38,907 nucleotides of DNA, taken from Burkholderiales bacterium. GTDB taxonomy: Bacteria > Pseudomonadota > Gammaproteobacteria > Burkholderiales > JACQAP01. Below, one piece after another: positions 31,186 to 38,907 of the stretch. Both the position numbers and the translations under genes were made by a program. The stretch spans positions 1 through 38,907 of the forward strand of contig JBOIFZ010000124.1 of NCBI GenBank assembly GCA_050741735.1, given 5' to 3'. The notes below the pieces were generated by a model that saw only the letters and a program-made list of their open reading frames with translations, had not been told where the DNA came from and did not search any database. How positions within the stretch are numbered: position 1 is the stretch's first letter; each line of letters opens with the position of its first letter.

Positions 31186-31989
31186 TCAGGTCACGGGGTG
31201 AACCCGGCGCAGTCTTGCAAACCAGGTCTCCAGTCCCGTCGCCAGCCCCTCGTCTCCAATGCCCGCGACGAAAACCATGTGCACGCCCAAGGCAAACGCG
31301 GTAGCGGCCACGCGCGGATGGGAGACGAACATTGGAGTCTGGCACAACCACGGCCGGCATGCCTCTCCGGCCATGTCGAAGAGATTGATCACGATTTCCG
31401 AACTGGTGGCGAGGCAGGCCCGGAGCCTGCCTTGCTGCCACAGTGGCATCAGTTCTGCCAGGTCGTGCCGGGGTCTTGCGCGCCGGTAGCATTCCACGTA
31501 TTCGACGTCGGCACCTCGCTGGCGCAGTGAATCGCCGAGCAACTCACGCCCGCCCTGCCCGCGAAAAATCACCACACTCTTTCCGGCGAACTTCAACTCG
31601 GACAACGCATCGAGCAAAGCTTCGCTGTCGAAATCCGCTTGCGGCGTGATCATCTCGCCCACGCCGAATTTTTTCAACTCGGCGGTGGTTCCAGGCCCCA
31701 GCACCGCCACGCGCATGCCGGCAGGCAGGCCGCCTGCCTGCGCGATGCGCTGCATCGCCAGCTGCGCTGCGTTCGGGCTGGTGAATATCGCCAGGTCGAA
31801 CTGCGCCAGCCGCTTCAGTACCGGCGCAGTCGCGACATCCGGTTGCGCCACGATCTCCATCGCCGGAAACAGCAGCGCTTCACCGCCGAGGCTGCGAATC
31901 AGCTCGGCCAACCGCTGCGATTGATGCACGGGCCGGGTTACCAGGACACCGATGCCCGCCAGCGGCTGCCCGCCTCCTGTCCCGCGCAC
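31186..31989 (-). CDS. hemD: Uroporphyrinogen-III synthase
   Basis: The product contains GIGVLVTRPVHQSQRLAELIRSLGGEALLFPAMEI, a HemD-like N-terminus. No ATG is available. I place the start at the GTG at 31989, just after the hemC stop, but the exact start is uncertain. Confidence 0.8.
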   Translation of the reverse strand: MRGTGGGQPLAGIGVLVTRPVHQSQRLAELIRSLGGEALLFPAMEIVAQPDVATAPVLKRLAQFDLAIFTSPNAAQLAMQRIAQAGGLPAGMRVAVLGPGTTAELKKFGVGEMITPQADFDSEALLDALSELKFAGKSVVIFRGQGGRELLGDSLRQRGADVEYVECYRRARPRHDLAELMPLWQQGRLRACLATSSEIVINLFDMAGEACRPWLCQTPMFVSHPRVAATAFALGVHMVFVAGIGDEGLATGLETWFARLRRVHPVT

Positions 31990-31994
31990 GCGTG

Positions 31995-32978
31995 TTATCC
32001 GCCCAGCGCCGCGAGGATTTCGCGCGCACCCTTGGCAATCAGGCGCTCGGCAAGAGCTTGGCCGAGATCGGCAGGCGAATCTGCCGCCGAACCGGCGATC
32101 TCGTCGTACACCATGTGCACGCCGTCGGGACTGGCGACGAATCCGCGCAGCCGGGCCCGGCCGTTGTTCAGCTCGGCATATCCGCCCAGCGGCACCTGGC
32201 AGCTGCCCGCGAGCGCGCGGCTCACCGCCCGTTCGGCCTCCACGCACCAACGGGTGGCGGCATCGTCAAGCGGCGCGATCGCCGCAACCAGTTCGCTGCG
32301 TTCGGCGCGGCACTCGATGCCGAGCGCGCCCTGGCCGACTGCGGGAAGGCTCTGTTCGGGCGTAAGCAGGCAGGCGATGCGGGCAGAAAGGCCAAGGCGC
32401 TTGAGTCCGGCCGCCGCGAGGATGATCGCGGCGAACCGCCCATCATCGAGTTTGCGCAAGCGCGTCTGCACATTGCCGCGCAACGGCTCGACCTCGAGAA
32501 GAGGAAAACGCGCGCGCAACTGGCTTTCGCGCCGCAGGCTGGAGGTGCCGACGCGGCTTCCCGGCGGTAGGCTCTCCAGGTCGCGATAGTCGTTGGAGAC
32601 GAATGCGTCGCGCGGGTCTTCGCGCTTGGTGATGGCGGCGATCGTGAACCCGGAAGGCAGACTCATCGGCACGTCTTTCATCGAGTGCACCGCGATATCC
32701 GCCTCGCCGGATTCCAGCGCGGACTCCAGTTCCTTCACGAACAGGCCCTTGCCGCCGATCTTGGCAAGCGAGGTGTCGAGCATGCGGTCGCCCTGCGTGG
32801 TTACGCCCAGCAACTTCGTCTCGACTCCGGCGTAGAGAGCGCGCAGACGCCCCTCGATGTGGTGCGCCTGCCACATGGCGAGCGCGCTTTCGCGGGTGGC
32901 GATGACGATTCGGGACGGAAGACTCTTGGCAGACGACAAGGGTTTGGATCCAGGAGGACGGCAAACTCGGGCCGCCAT
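31995..32978 (-). CDS. hemC: Hydroxymethylbilane synthase (porphobilinogen deaminase)
   Basis: Motifs are [41 protein letters not shown] and AVHSMKDVP. Confidence 0.93.
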   Translation of the reverse strand: MAARVCRPPGSKPLSSAKSLPSRIVIATRESALAMWQAHHIEGRLRALYAGVETKLLGVTTQGDRMLDTSLAKIGGKGLFVKELESALESGEADIAVHSMKDVPMSLPSGFTIAAITKREDPRDAFVSNDYRDLESLPPGSRVGTSSLRRESQLRARFPLLEVEPLRGNVQTRLRKLDDGRFAAIILAAAGLKRLGLSARIACLLTPEQSLPAVGQGALGIECRAERSELVAAIAPLDDAATRWCVEAERAVSRALAGSCQVPLGGYAELNNGRARLRGFVASPDGVHMVYDEIAGSAADSPADLGQALAERLIAKGAREILAALGG

Positions 32979-33047
32979 CGTAATATCCGAAGCAGCCCAA
33001 AAAAGCTCTACTTCTGCAACCGGTCTAGGCCGGCCGGCACAAACGCA

Positions 33048-33578
33048 TCACTTCTCCAGCAGGCTGCGCAGCATCCATGCCGTCTTCTCGTGGACTTCCA
33101 TGCGCTGGGTCAGAAGATCCATGGTCGGCTGGTCGTTGCCGCTCTCGGCGGCAGGAAAAACCTTGCGCGCCGTACGCGTGACCGCTTCGTGTCCCTCCAG
33201 AAGGATCTTGATCATGTCCTGGGCCTTGGGCACGCCGGGTGTTTCCTTGATCGAGGCAAGCCTGGAAAACTGGACGTAGGTCCCGGGCGCCGGCGCGTCC
33301 AGCGAGCGGATGCGCTCGGCGATCAGATCGACGTTGTTCCACATCTCGGTGTACTGGGTTTCGAACATCAGATGCAGCGTCTGGAACATCGGACCGGTCA
33401 CGTTCCAGTGAAAATTGTGGGTCTTCAGGTACAGCGTGTATGTGTCGGCAAGCAGCTTCGACAAGCCATCGACGATCTGTATCCGGTCTTTCTCCTTGAT
33501 GCCAAGATCAGCAGCCATTTTCGACTCCATTGCGTCTGGGTTGACGAGGACCTGCGCCCGTTTCGAATCATAGGACAA
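33048..33578 (-). CDS. dps: Dps-family DNA-binding ferritin-like protein
   Basis: 176-aa ORF with [32 protein letters not shown] and DLIAERI, the Dps ferroxidase-site context. Confidence 0.9.
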   Translation of the reverse strand: MSYDSKRAQVLVNPDAMESKMAADLGIKEKDRIQIVDGLSKLLADTYTLYLKTHNFHWNVTGPMFQTLHLMFETQYTEMWNNVDLIAERIRSLDAPAPGTYVQFSRLASIKETPGVPKAQDMIKILLEGHEAVTRTARKVFPAAESGNDQPTMDLLTQRMEVHEKTAWMLRSLLEK

Positions 33579-33613
33579 TTCTTCGCCGTTTTCAGCGGGA
33601 CTTCAGTACTTCC

Positions 33614-34126
33614 CTAGAGATCGCGTGTGCCGCGAACGCGCACGGCATCGCGGGCACGCATGAGTTCCCGGTAGCCGCCCGAGGTCAGATAGCGCAGCGC
33701 CGAACTGGTGATCTTCCCAAAAAATTGCTCCAGCATCACGACGTTGCCGTCTCTGCGCCAGACGCGGACCCGATTGACGATCGCCCCGGCCATGCCGCTG
33801 CGCAACTGTTCGTCAAAATCCTCGGGCGCGCCGAACCGCGCCGTCAGGCGGCCCTCGACCTCGGCAAACCGCGCCTCATCGAACAAGACCGTCGTTCGAT
33901 TCAGAAGTTCTCCGCGGTACTCGAGCGTCATCCCCAGAACCGGCAAACCCAGATGCTCGAGGGACTTCCCCCCTGCCCGGCACAGGGTGTGCGCACCGGT
34001 CTCGGCACACGAGTAAAGCCTGCGGTCGAGATCGGAAAGCCGCGAGCCGAGCGCTTCGATACCTTGCGCGCCGGATACTGCGCCGGCGACCAGCAAAAGC
34101 AACGCTGTGCAATGACGTGCGCTCAC
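33614..34126 (-). CDS. Hypothetical exported protein
   Basis: 170-aa ORF with a signal-like N-terminus (ARHCTALLLLVAGAVSGAQG). Its GTG start overlaps the response-regulator stop (GTGA). I recognise no family motif. Confidence 0.5.
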   Translation of the reverse strand: MSARHCTALLLLVAGAVSGAQGIEALGSRLSDLDRRLYSCAETGAHTLCRAGGKSLEHLGLPVLGMTLEYRGELLNRTTVLFDEARFAEVEGRLTARFGAPEDFDEQLRSGMAGAIVNRVRVWRRDGNVVMLEQFFGKITSSALRYLTSGGYRELMRARDAVRVRGTRDL

Positions 34127-34896
34127 AGGACATTGCGCCCCAGTTCCTTGACGATATGTTGCTGGCGGCGGCTCACCGGCAGTTTTTCATCGAGCCCGGC
34201 CAGCGTCACCACCCAACCCGCCTCGCCGCTGTCGCCGCCGTCCTTCTCGAACCCGGTGATGTGCGCTTTCGCCACCAGACAACTGCGGTGGATACGCACG
34301 AACTGCCCGGAAAATTCCTGCTCGAGTTTCGACAGCGACTCTTCCAGCAGGTATTCGCGCGCGGCGGTGCGGATGGTCACGTATTTCAACTCGGCGCGCA
34401 GGTAGAGAATTGCCGGCACCGGAATCAGCACCACCTTGCCGCGCTCCTGTACCGAAAGATGGGTGCGCGCGTCCGGGGTGATCTGCTGCAATACGTCGAG
34501 CCGCAGCGGGGTTATTGCGCGCACCCGCGTCAGCGCCTCGTGCAGCCGCCGCAGCCGGATCGGCTTCAGCAGATAATCGACTGCGTGCAACTCGAACGCC
34601 TTCAGGGCGTAGTCGTTGTAGGCGGTGGTGAAAATCACCGACGGCGGCTCGGGCAGCTTCAGCAAGTGCTGCGCCACTTCGAGACCGTCCATTTCCGGCA
34701 TGCGAATGTCCAGCAGTACCAGGTCGGCGGGGGTTTCCTCCAGCAGCGCCAGCAGTTCGCGACCGCTCGCGGCCTCGCCTGCGAGCTCGATCGGAAAGCT
34801 GCCGGCACAGTCTTCCAGCAGATCCCTGATGCGGCTGCGCGCCGGCGCCTCGTCGTCGGTAATCACCACCCGCAACGATTGTGGATGCTTGCTCAC
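34123..34896 (-). CDS. algR: LytTR-family (AlgR-like) response regulator
   Basis: 257-aa ORF. The receiver domain reads LRVVITDDE...LVLLDIRMPEMDG. The C-terminal LytTR domain reads IPVPAILYLRAELKYVTIRT...FVRIHRS. Synteny with hemC and argH matches the Pseudomonas algZ-algR-hemC arrangement. Confidence 0.85.
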   Translation of the reverse strand: MSKHPQSLRVVITDDEAPARSRIRDLLEDCAGSFPIELAGEAASGRELLALLEETPADLVLLDIRMPEMDGLEVAQHLLKLPEPPSVIFTTAYNDYALKAFELHAVDYLLKPIRLRRLHEALTRVRAITPLRLDVLQQITPDARTHLSVQERGKVVLIPVPAILYLRAELKYVTIRTAAREYLLEESLSKLEQEFSGQFVRIHRSCLVAKAHITGFEKDGGDSGEAGWVVTLAGLDEKLPVSRRQQHIVKELGRNVL

Positions 34897-35957
34897 CTTC
34901 CCTCCCGCACGTACGGAAGCGTGATGCGTACTTCATATTGGCCGTCACAGTCGCGGGTTTGCAGGCTGGCTTCGGCGTCGAAATGCAGCGATAACCGCTC
35001 CCTGATGTTGGAGAGCGCCATCTTGTTGCCGGTGTGATGACTGCCCTCCTTGCGGAAGGGATTGCGCAACAACATATGCACCCGGTCGCGATCGCTGAAG
35101 ACGTGAATGCTGATGACCCCCGGCTCCATCGACGGCTCGATGCCGTGGTAGACCGCATTCTCCAGCAGCGGTTGCAACAGCAGCGGCGGCACCAGTGCGT
35201 CCCCGGGCATCTTGTCCACCTGCCACTCCACCCGCAGGCGATCGCCGAGCCGCAACGCCTCCAGCCCCAGGTACTGGCGGCACAGTTCGACTTCGCGCTC
35301 GAGCGGCACCAGATCGCGGTTGTCGGCCATCAGCACGCGGAACAGTTCGGCGAGGTCTTCGAGCGCCGTTTCGGCGCGGCGCGGTTCGCTGCGCACCAGG
35401 GACAGGACGGCGTTGATGCTGTTGAACAGAAAATGGGGGCGAATGCGCGCCTGCAGCGCCTGCAGTCTTGCCTCGGTCAGCGCCGGCGACAGCATCCGGC
35501 TGCGCAAATTGAAGTAGGCTAGCACGAGCAGCGTGGCCACGGCGGTAAAGAACCAGCTGCGCGCCAAACCGGCCGTATCCGGCGTGAATACCGCCGAGGT
35601 CGCGATCACCACAACAGTCGCAATACCGAGCTCGACGGCCACGATCACCGCCACGGCCAGCAGGTAATCGAGCTTGTGCAGCCAGCGATCGGCGAGGCCG
35701 AGCAGCAGCAACGAGACGATGACCATCGGCTGCACCAGGGCGGAAATGCGCAGCCACTGATCCAGCATGTCGTACCAGTTCGAGGATTTCAGTGCGGCTG
35801 CAACAACCGTCATGGCGATAACGATCACCAGCAGACGCAACATGACGCCCAGATTGCGGAAATCCGGAAGAAGGTTGGGGTGACGGTTTTGATTTATACT
35901 TACCATCGGCTGATCCAGGCCAAAAATCACGCCAGAACAGGCGCTTAACGCAGTCAT
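34893..35957 (-). CDS. algZ: LytS/AlgZ(FimS)-type sensor histidine kinase
   Basis: A multi-TM N-terminus is followed by a His_kinase (PF06580-like) region, [20 protein letters not shown], and an ATPase region, [14 protein letters not shown]. An alternative start at the ATG at 35906 would leave a more realistic 72-nt divergent promoter region. Confidence 0.85.
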   Translation of the reverse strand: MTALSACSGVIFGLDQPMVSINQNRHPNLLPDFRNLGVMLRLLVIVIAMTVVAAALKSSNWYDMLDQWLRISALVQPMVIVSLLLLGLADRWLHKLDYLLAVAVIVAVELGIATVVVIATSAVFTPDTAGLARSWFFTAVATLLVLAYFNLRSRMLSPALTEARLQALQARIRPHFLFNSINAVLSLVRSEPRRAETALEDLAELFRVLMADNRDLVPLEREVELCRQYLGLEALRLGDRLRVEWQVDKMPGDALVPPLLLQPLLENAVYHGIEPSMEPGVISIHVFSDRDRVHMLLRNPFRKEGSHHTGNKMALSNIRERLSLHFDAEASLQTRDCDGQYEVRITLPYVREGR

Positions 35958-35978
35958 TGTGAACAGGGCAGGGCCTTA

Positions 35979-37388
35979 ATGCAACCCAAGGAAAAACCCG
36001 CGGACGACGCCGGCAAAGCCTGGTCCGGCCGGTTCAGCGAACCGGTCGCGGAACTGGTGAAGCGCTATACCGCGTCCGTCGACTTCGACAAGCGGCTCGC
36101 GGAGTTCGATATTGCCGCTTCGCTGGCCCACGCGCGCATGCTGCATGCGGTCGGCGTGCTCACAGCCAAGGATCTTGCCGACATCGAACGCGGCATGAAC
36201 GCGATCGTCGGGGAGATCCGCCAGGAAAAGTTCACCTGGTCGGTTGACCTGGAGGACGTGCATCTGAATATCGAGAAGCGGCTCACCGATCTGGTCGGCG
36301 ATGCCGGCAAGCGGCTGCATACCGGGCGATCGCGCAACGACCAGGTCGCGACCGACATCCGGCTCTATCTGCGCTGGGCTGCGGATGAAATCGTTGCGCT
36401 GATTCACGCCTTCCAGAAAGGCCTGCTCGATCTGGCCGAGCATCACGTCGATACGCTCATGCCCGGCTACACGCATCTGCAGGTGGCACAGCCGGTGAGC
36501 TTCGCGCATCACCTGCTGGCCTACTTCGAAATGATGAAGCGCGATGCCGAGCGCTTTGGCGACTGCCGCAGGCGGTTCAACGTGCTGCCTCTGGGCGCGG
36601 CGGCGCTCGCCGGCACCACCTACCCGATCGATCGCGAGCGCGTCGCCAGGGATCTGGGTTTCGACGGCGTGTGCGAGAACTCGCTCGATGCGGTATCGGA
36701 TCGCGATTTCGCCATCGAGTTCTGCGCCTGCGCGGCGCTGATGATGACGCATCTGTCGCGGCTGTCCGAGGAGCTGGTCTTGTGGATGAATCCGCGCTTC
36801 GGTTTCATCACGCTCGCCGACCGGTTTTGCACCGGCTCGTCAATCATGCCGCAGAAGAAAAACCCCGATGTCCCGGAACTGGTGCGCGGCAAGACCGGGC
36901 GTGTCAACGGCCACCTGGTGGCGCTGCTCACCCTGATGAAAGGCCAGCCGCTGGCCTACAACAAGGACAACCAGGAAGACAAGGAGCCGCTGTTCGACAC
37001 CGTGGATACGTTGACCGCCACGCTCAGGATCTGTGCCGACATGATAGACGGCATCACAGTCAACAAGGACGCGATGCGCCAAGCGCTTCTGGAGGGCTAC
37101 GCCACGGCAACCGACCTGGCCGACTATCTGGTAGGCAAGGGCCTGCCGTTTCGCGAAGCCCACGAGGCGGTCGCGCGCGCGGTGCGCTTCGCTGCCGAAA
37201 AGGGTGTGGACCTCACGCAACTTAGCGTCGAGCAGTTGCGGCAGTTCTCCAAGCTGATCGACGCTGAGGCGCTCGGCAAGCTCTCGCTCGAGGGCTCGGT
37301 CGCCTCGCGCGATCACGTCGGCGGCACCGCGCCGACCCAGGTACGCGCGGCGATTGCCCGAGCCCGTGCCTGGCTGGCCGCGCGCTAG
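35979..37388 (+). CDS. argH: Argininosuccinate lyase
   Basis: 469-aa ORF with [20 protein letters not shown], the [11 protein letters not shown] signature and [15 protein letters not shown]. Confidence 0.95.
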   Translation: MQPKEKPADDAGKAWSGRFSEPVAELVKRYTASVDFDKRLAEFDIAASLAHARMLHAVGVLTAKDLADIERGMNAIVGEIRQEKFTWSVDLEDVHLNIEKRLTDLVGDAGKRLHTGRSRNDQVATDIRLYLRWAADEIVALIHAFQKGLLDLAEHHVDTLMPGYTHLQVAQPVSFAHHLLAYFEMMKRDAERFGDCRRRFNVLPLGAAALAGTTYPIDRERVARDLGFDGVCENSLDAVSDRDFAIEFCACAALMMTHLSRLSEELVLWMNPRFGFITLADRFCTGSSIMPQKKNPDVPELVRGKTGRVNGHLVALLTLMKGQPLAYNKDNQEDKEPLFDTVDTLTATLRICADMIDGITVNKDAMRQALLEGYATATDLADYLVGKGLPFREAHEAVARAVRFAAEKGVDLTQLSVEQLRQFSKLIDAEALGKLSLEGSVASRDHVGGTAPTQVRAAIARARAWLAAR

Positions 37389-37408
37389 CGCATTCCGCGC
37401 AGGCTGCC

Positions 37409-38311
37409 GTGGTGCCGGCGCCCCGCGCGGCAACCTGGCAGGCGATCGCGGCCGATCTCTCCCGCGCCACCGGCTCGCCCTTTTCTGCCTCGCGCGCCGA
37501 GCCTACCGGCGGCGGCTCGATCAACCAAGCATTCCGGCTCGGCGGCGGCGGAAAATGCTTTTTCGTCAAGCTCAACGCAGCCGGGCAGCTGGGAATGTTC
37601 GAGGCGGAGCTGGCGGGGCTCATGGAACTCGCGGCAGCAAAGGCGGTACGCGTGCCGCTGCCCATCTGCTGCGGGTCGGATGCGCACTTTTCCTGGATCG
37701 CGCTGGAACACCTCGAATTCGGCAATGGCATGGACGGCCTGGCCGCCCTCGGGGCGCAGTTGGCCCTGTTGCACCGGTGCACCGCCGCAAACTTCGGCTG
37801 GAACCGGGACAACACCATCGGCTCCACGCCGCAGCATAACGAGTGGTGCAGCGACTGGATCGTGTTTCTGCGCCAGCACCGGATCGGCTTTCAATTGCAG
37901 CTTGCCCAGCGCAACGGTTACCGGGGCCGGCTGCAATCCTCGGGCGAGAAGCTGCTCACCGAACTCGACGCATTCTTTACCGGCTACCGGCCGCAAGCTT
38001 CGCTGCTGCACGGCGACCTGTGGGGCGGCAATGCCGCAGTTCTTGCGGACGGAGAACCGGCGATCTTCGATCCTGCGGTGTACTACGGCGACCGCGAAGC
38101 CGACCTGGCCATGACCGAGCTGTTCGGCGGCTTCCCTCAGGCGTTTTATCGCGGCTACGACGACGCGTGGCGGCTCGACCCCGGCTATCGGGTACGCAAG
38201 CAGCTCTACAACCTGTACCATTTGCTCAATCACCTGAATCTGTTCGGCGGTTCTTATCTTGCCCCGGCACAAGCCGCCATCGACGGGTTGCTCGGCGAAA
38301 TTCGCGGGTGA
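37409..38311 (+). CDS. Fructosamine/ketosamine-3-kinase family protein
   Basis: 300-aa ORF with TGGGSINQAFRL, LLHGDLWGGN and the DPAVYYGDREADLAMTELFGGF motif typical of this family. Confidence 0.85.
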   Translation: MVPAPRAATWQAIAADLSRATGSPFSASRAEPTGGGSINQAFRLGGGGKCFFVKLNAAGQLGMFEAELAGLMELAAAKAVRVPLPICCGSDAHFSWIALEHLEFGNGMDGLAALGAQLALLHRCTAANFGWNRDNTIGSTPQHNEWCSDWIVFLRQHRIGFQLQLAQRNGYRGRLQSSGEKLLTELDAFFTGYRPQASLLHGDLWGGNAAVLADGEPAIFDPAVYYGDREADLAMTELFGGFPQAFYRGYDDAWRLDPGYRVRKQLYNLYHLLNHLNLFGGSYLAPAQAAIDGLLGEIRG

Positions 38312-38443
38312 TTGACGGCCCGGCGCGAGCGGGAGCACAACCTTTCCGAAAGCCGGTCAAGCTGGATTCAGAATAGTCCAGCGTGGTTCACCGCCCGCCG
38401 GATTATTTTTTTGTTGCACGAATTGAACGAGGGAGGAGAAATC

Positions 38444-38907
38444 ATGAACGGGATTTATTCACGGCCTCTGAAAGCGGTTGCCGCAATGCTTGCGGGCGCG
38501 GCGCTGAGCATTTTTTCGCAACCGGCCACGCACAGGACAAGCCGATCCGCATCGGCCTGGTCACCTTCCTCTCCGGCCCGGCCGCCGGACCTTTCGGCGT
38601 GCCGGCGAAAATCGCGGCAGAAGCGATCGTCGATTCCCTCAATGCCGGCAAAGTCCCCGCGCCTTACAACGCCAAGGGCTTCGCCGGCACGCCACTCGAA
38701 CTTACTATCATCGACGAGGCCGGCGGCGCCACCAAGCAGGTGACCGAGTTGCGCAACCTGGTCGAGCGCCAGAACGTGGACTTCGTCGTCGGTTACATTT
38801 CCAGCGGCGATTGCCTGGCAGTTGCGCCGGTAGCCGAGGAACTGAAGAAAATCACCGTCCTGTTCGACTGCGGCACGCCGCGGGTGTTCGAGGACGCGAG
38901 CTACAAG
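38444..38907 (+). pseudogene. ABC transporter periplasmic substrate-binding protein (LivK/Peripla_BP_6-like), frameshifted near the signal peptide; the 3' end runs off the window
   Basis: The ATG at 38444 has a strong SD (GGGAGGAG) and gives the signal-like MNGIYSRPLKAVAAMLAGAALSIF... The mature-protein homology (AQDKPIRIGLVTFLSGPAAGPFGVPAKIAAEAIVDSLN...DFVVGYISSGDCLAV) is in the -1 frame starting around 38530 and has no start of its own. Confidence 0.75.

Noticed and set aside
31990-32250. The upstream extension of the hemD ORF (the track ORF is 354 aa).
   Set aside because: It overlaps the 3' end of hemC in another frame, and HemD homology starts only near GIGVLVTRP. The extension is treated as non-coding for hemD.
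38380-38443. A possible sigma-54 promoter (TTGCA-containing stretch GTTGCACG) upstream of the substrate-binding gene.
   Set aside because: No properly spaced GG element lies 10 nt upstream of the GC, so only half of the motif is present.

Overview
GC-rich proteobacterial chromosomal segment. The gene order (cutA-dsbD-like, aroQ-accB-accC-prmA, algZ/algR-hemCDXY next to argH) suggests a Beta- or Gammaproteobacterium, at low confidence. Almost everything is on the minus strand. Positions 12.7-38.9 kb are mostly housekeeping: dgkA, a glycine-cleavage operon with a split P-protein, prmA, accBC, aroQ, thiol-redox genes, ppc, hemYXDC, dps, a LytTR two-component pair, argH, a fructosamine kinase and a frameshifted ABC substrate-binding gene. 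The stand-out region is 1-12.1 kb, a tight co-directional signalling cassette. It encodes a CHASE2 Ser/Thr kinase, a PP2C phosphatase, a double-FHA protein, a CHASE2 class IIIb adenylate cyclase and a translationally coupled class-II-like cNMP phosphodiesterase. These are followed by a PilB/GspE-type assembly ATPase with an N-terminal PDE-type GAF domain, a GAF-HD-GYP phosphodiesterase, and a type IVa pilin with a near-consensus sigma-54 promoter. I read this as a possible uncharacterised circuit running from cAMP through GAF domains to pilus assembly and c-di-GMP turnover. Its right border (12.13-12.70 kb) is an AT-rich stretch plus two fused gene remnants (PAP2 and DUF1330). Other oddities: tpx sits between gcvPA and gcvPB; prmA apparently starts at ATC; the DsbD-like gene has only the periplasmic N-domain; two intergenic inverted-repeat elements have arms built from tandem 7-8-mers; and a poly-T frameshift disrupts the last gene. 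All family calls rest on motif recognition by eye, with no database search.
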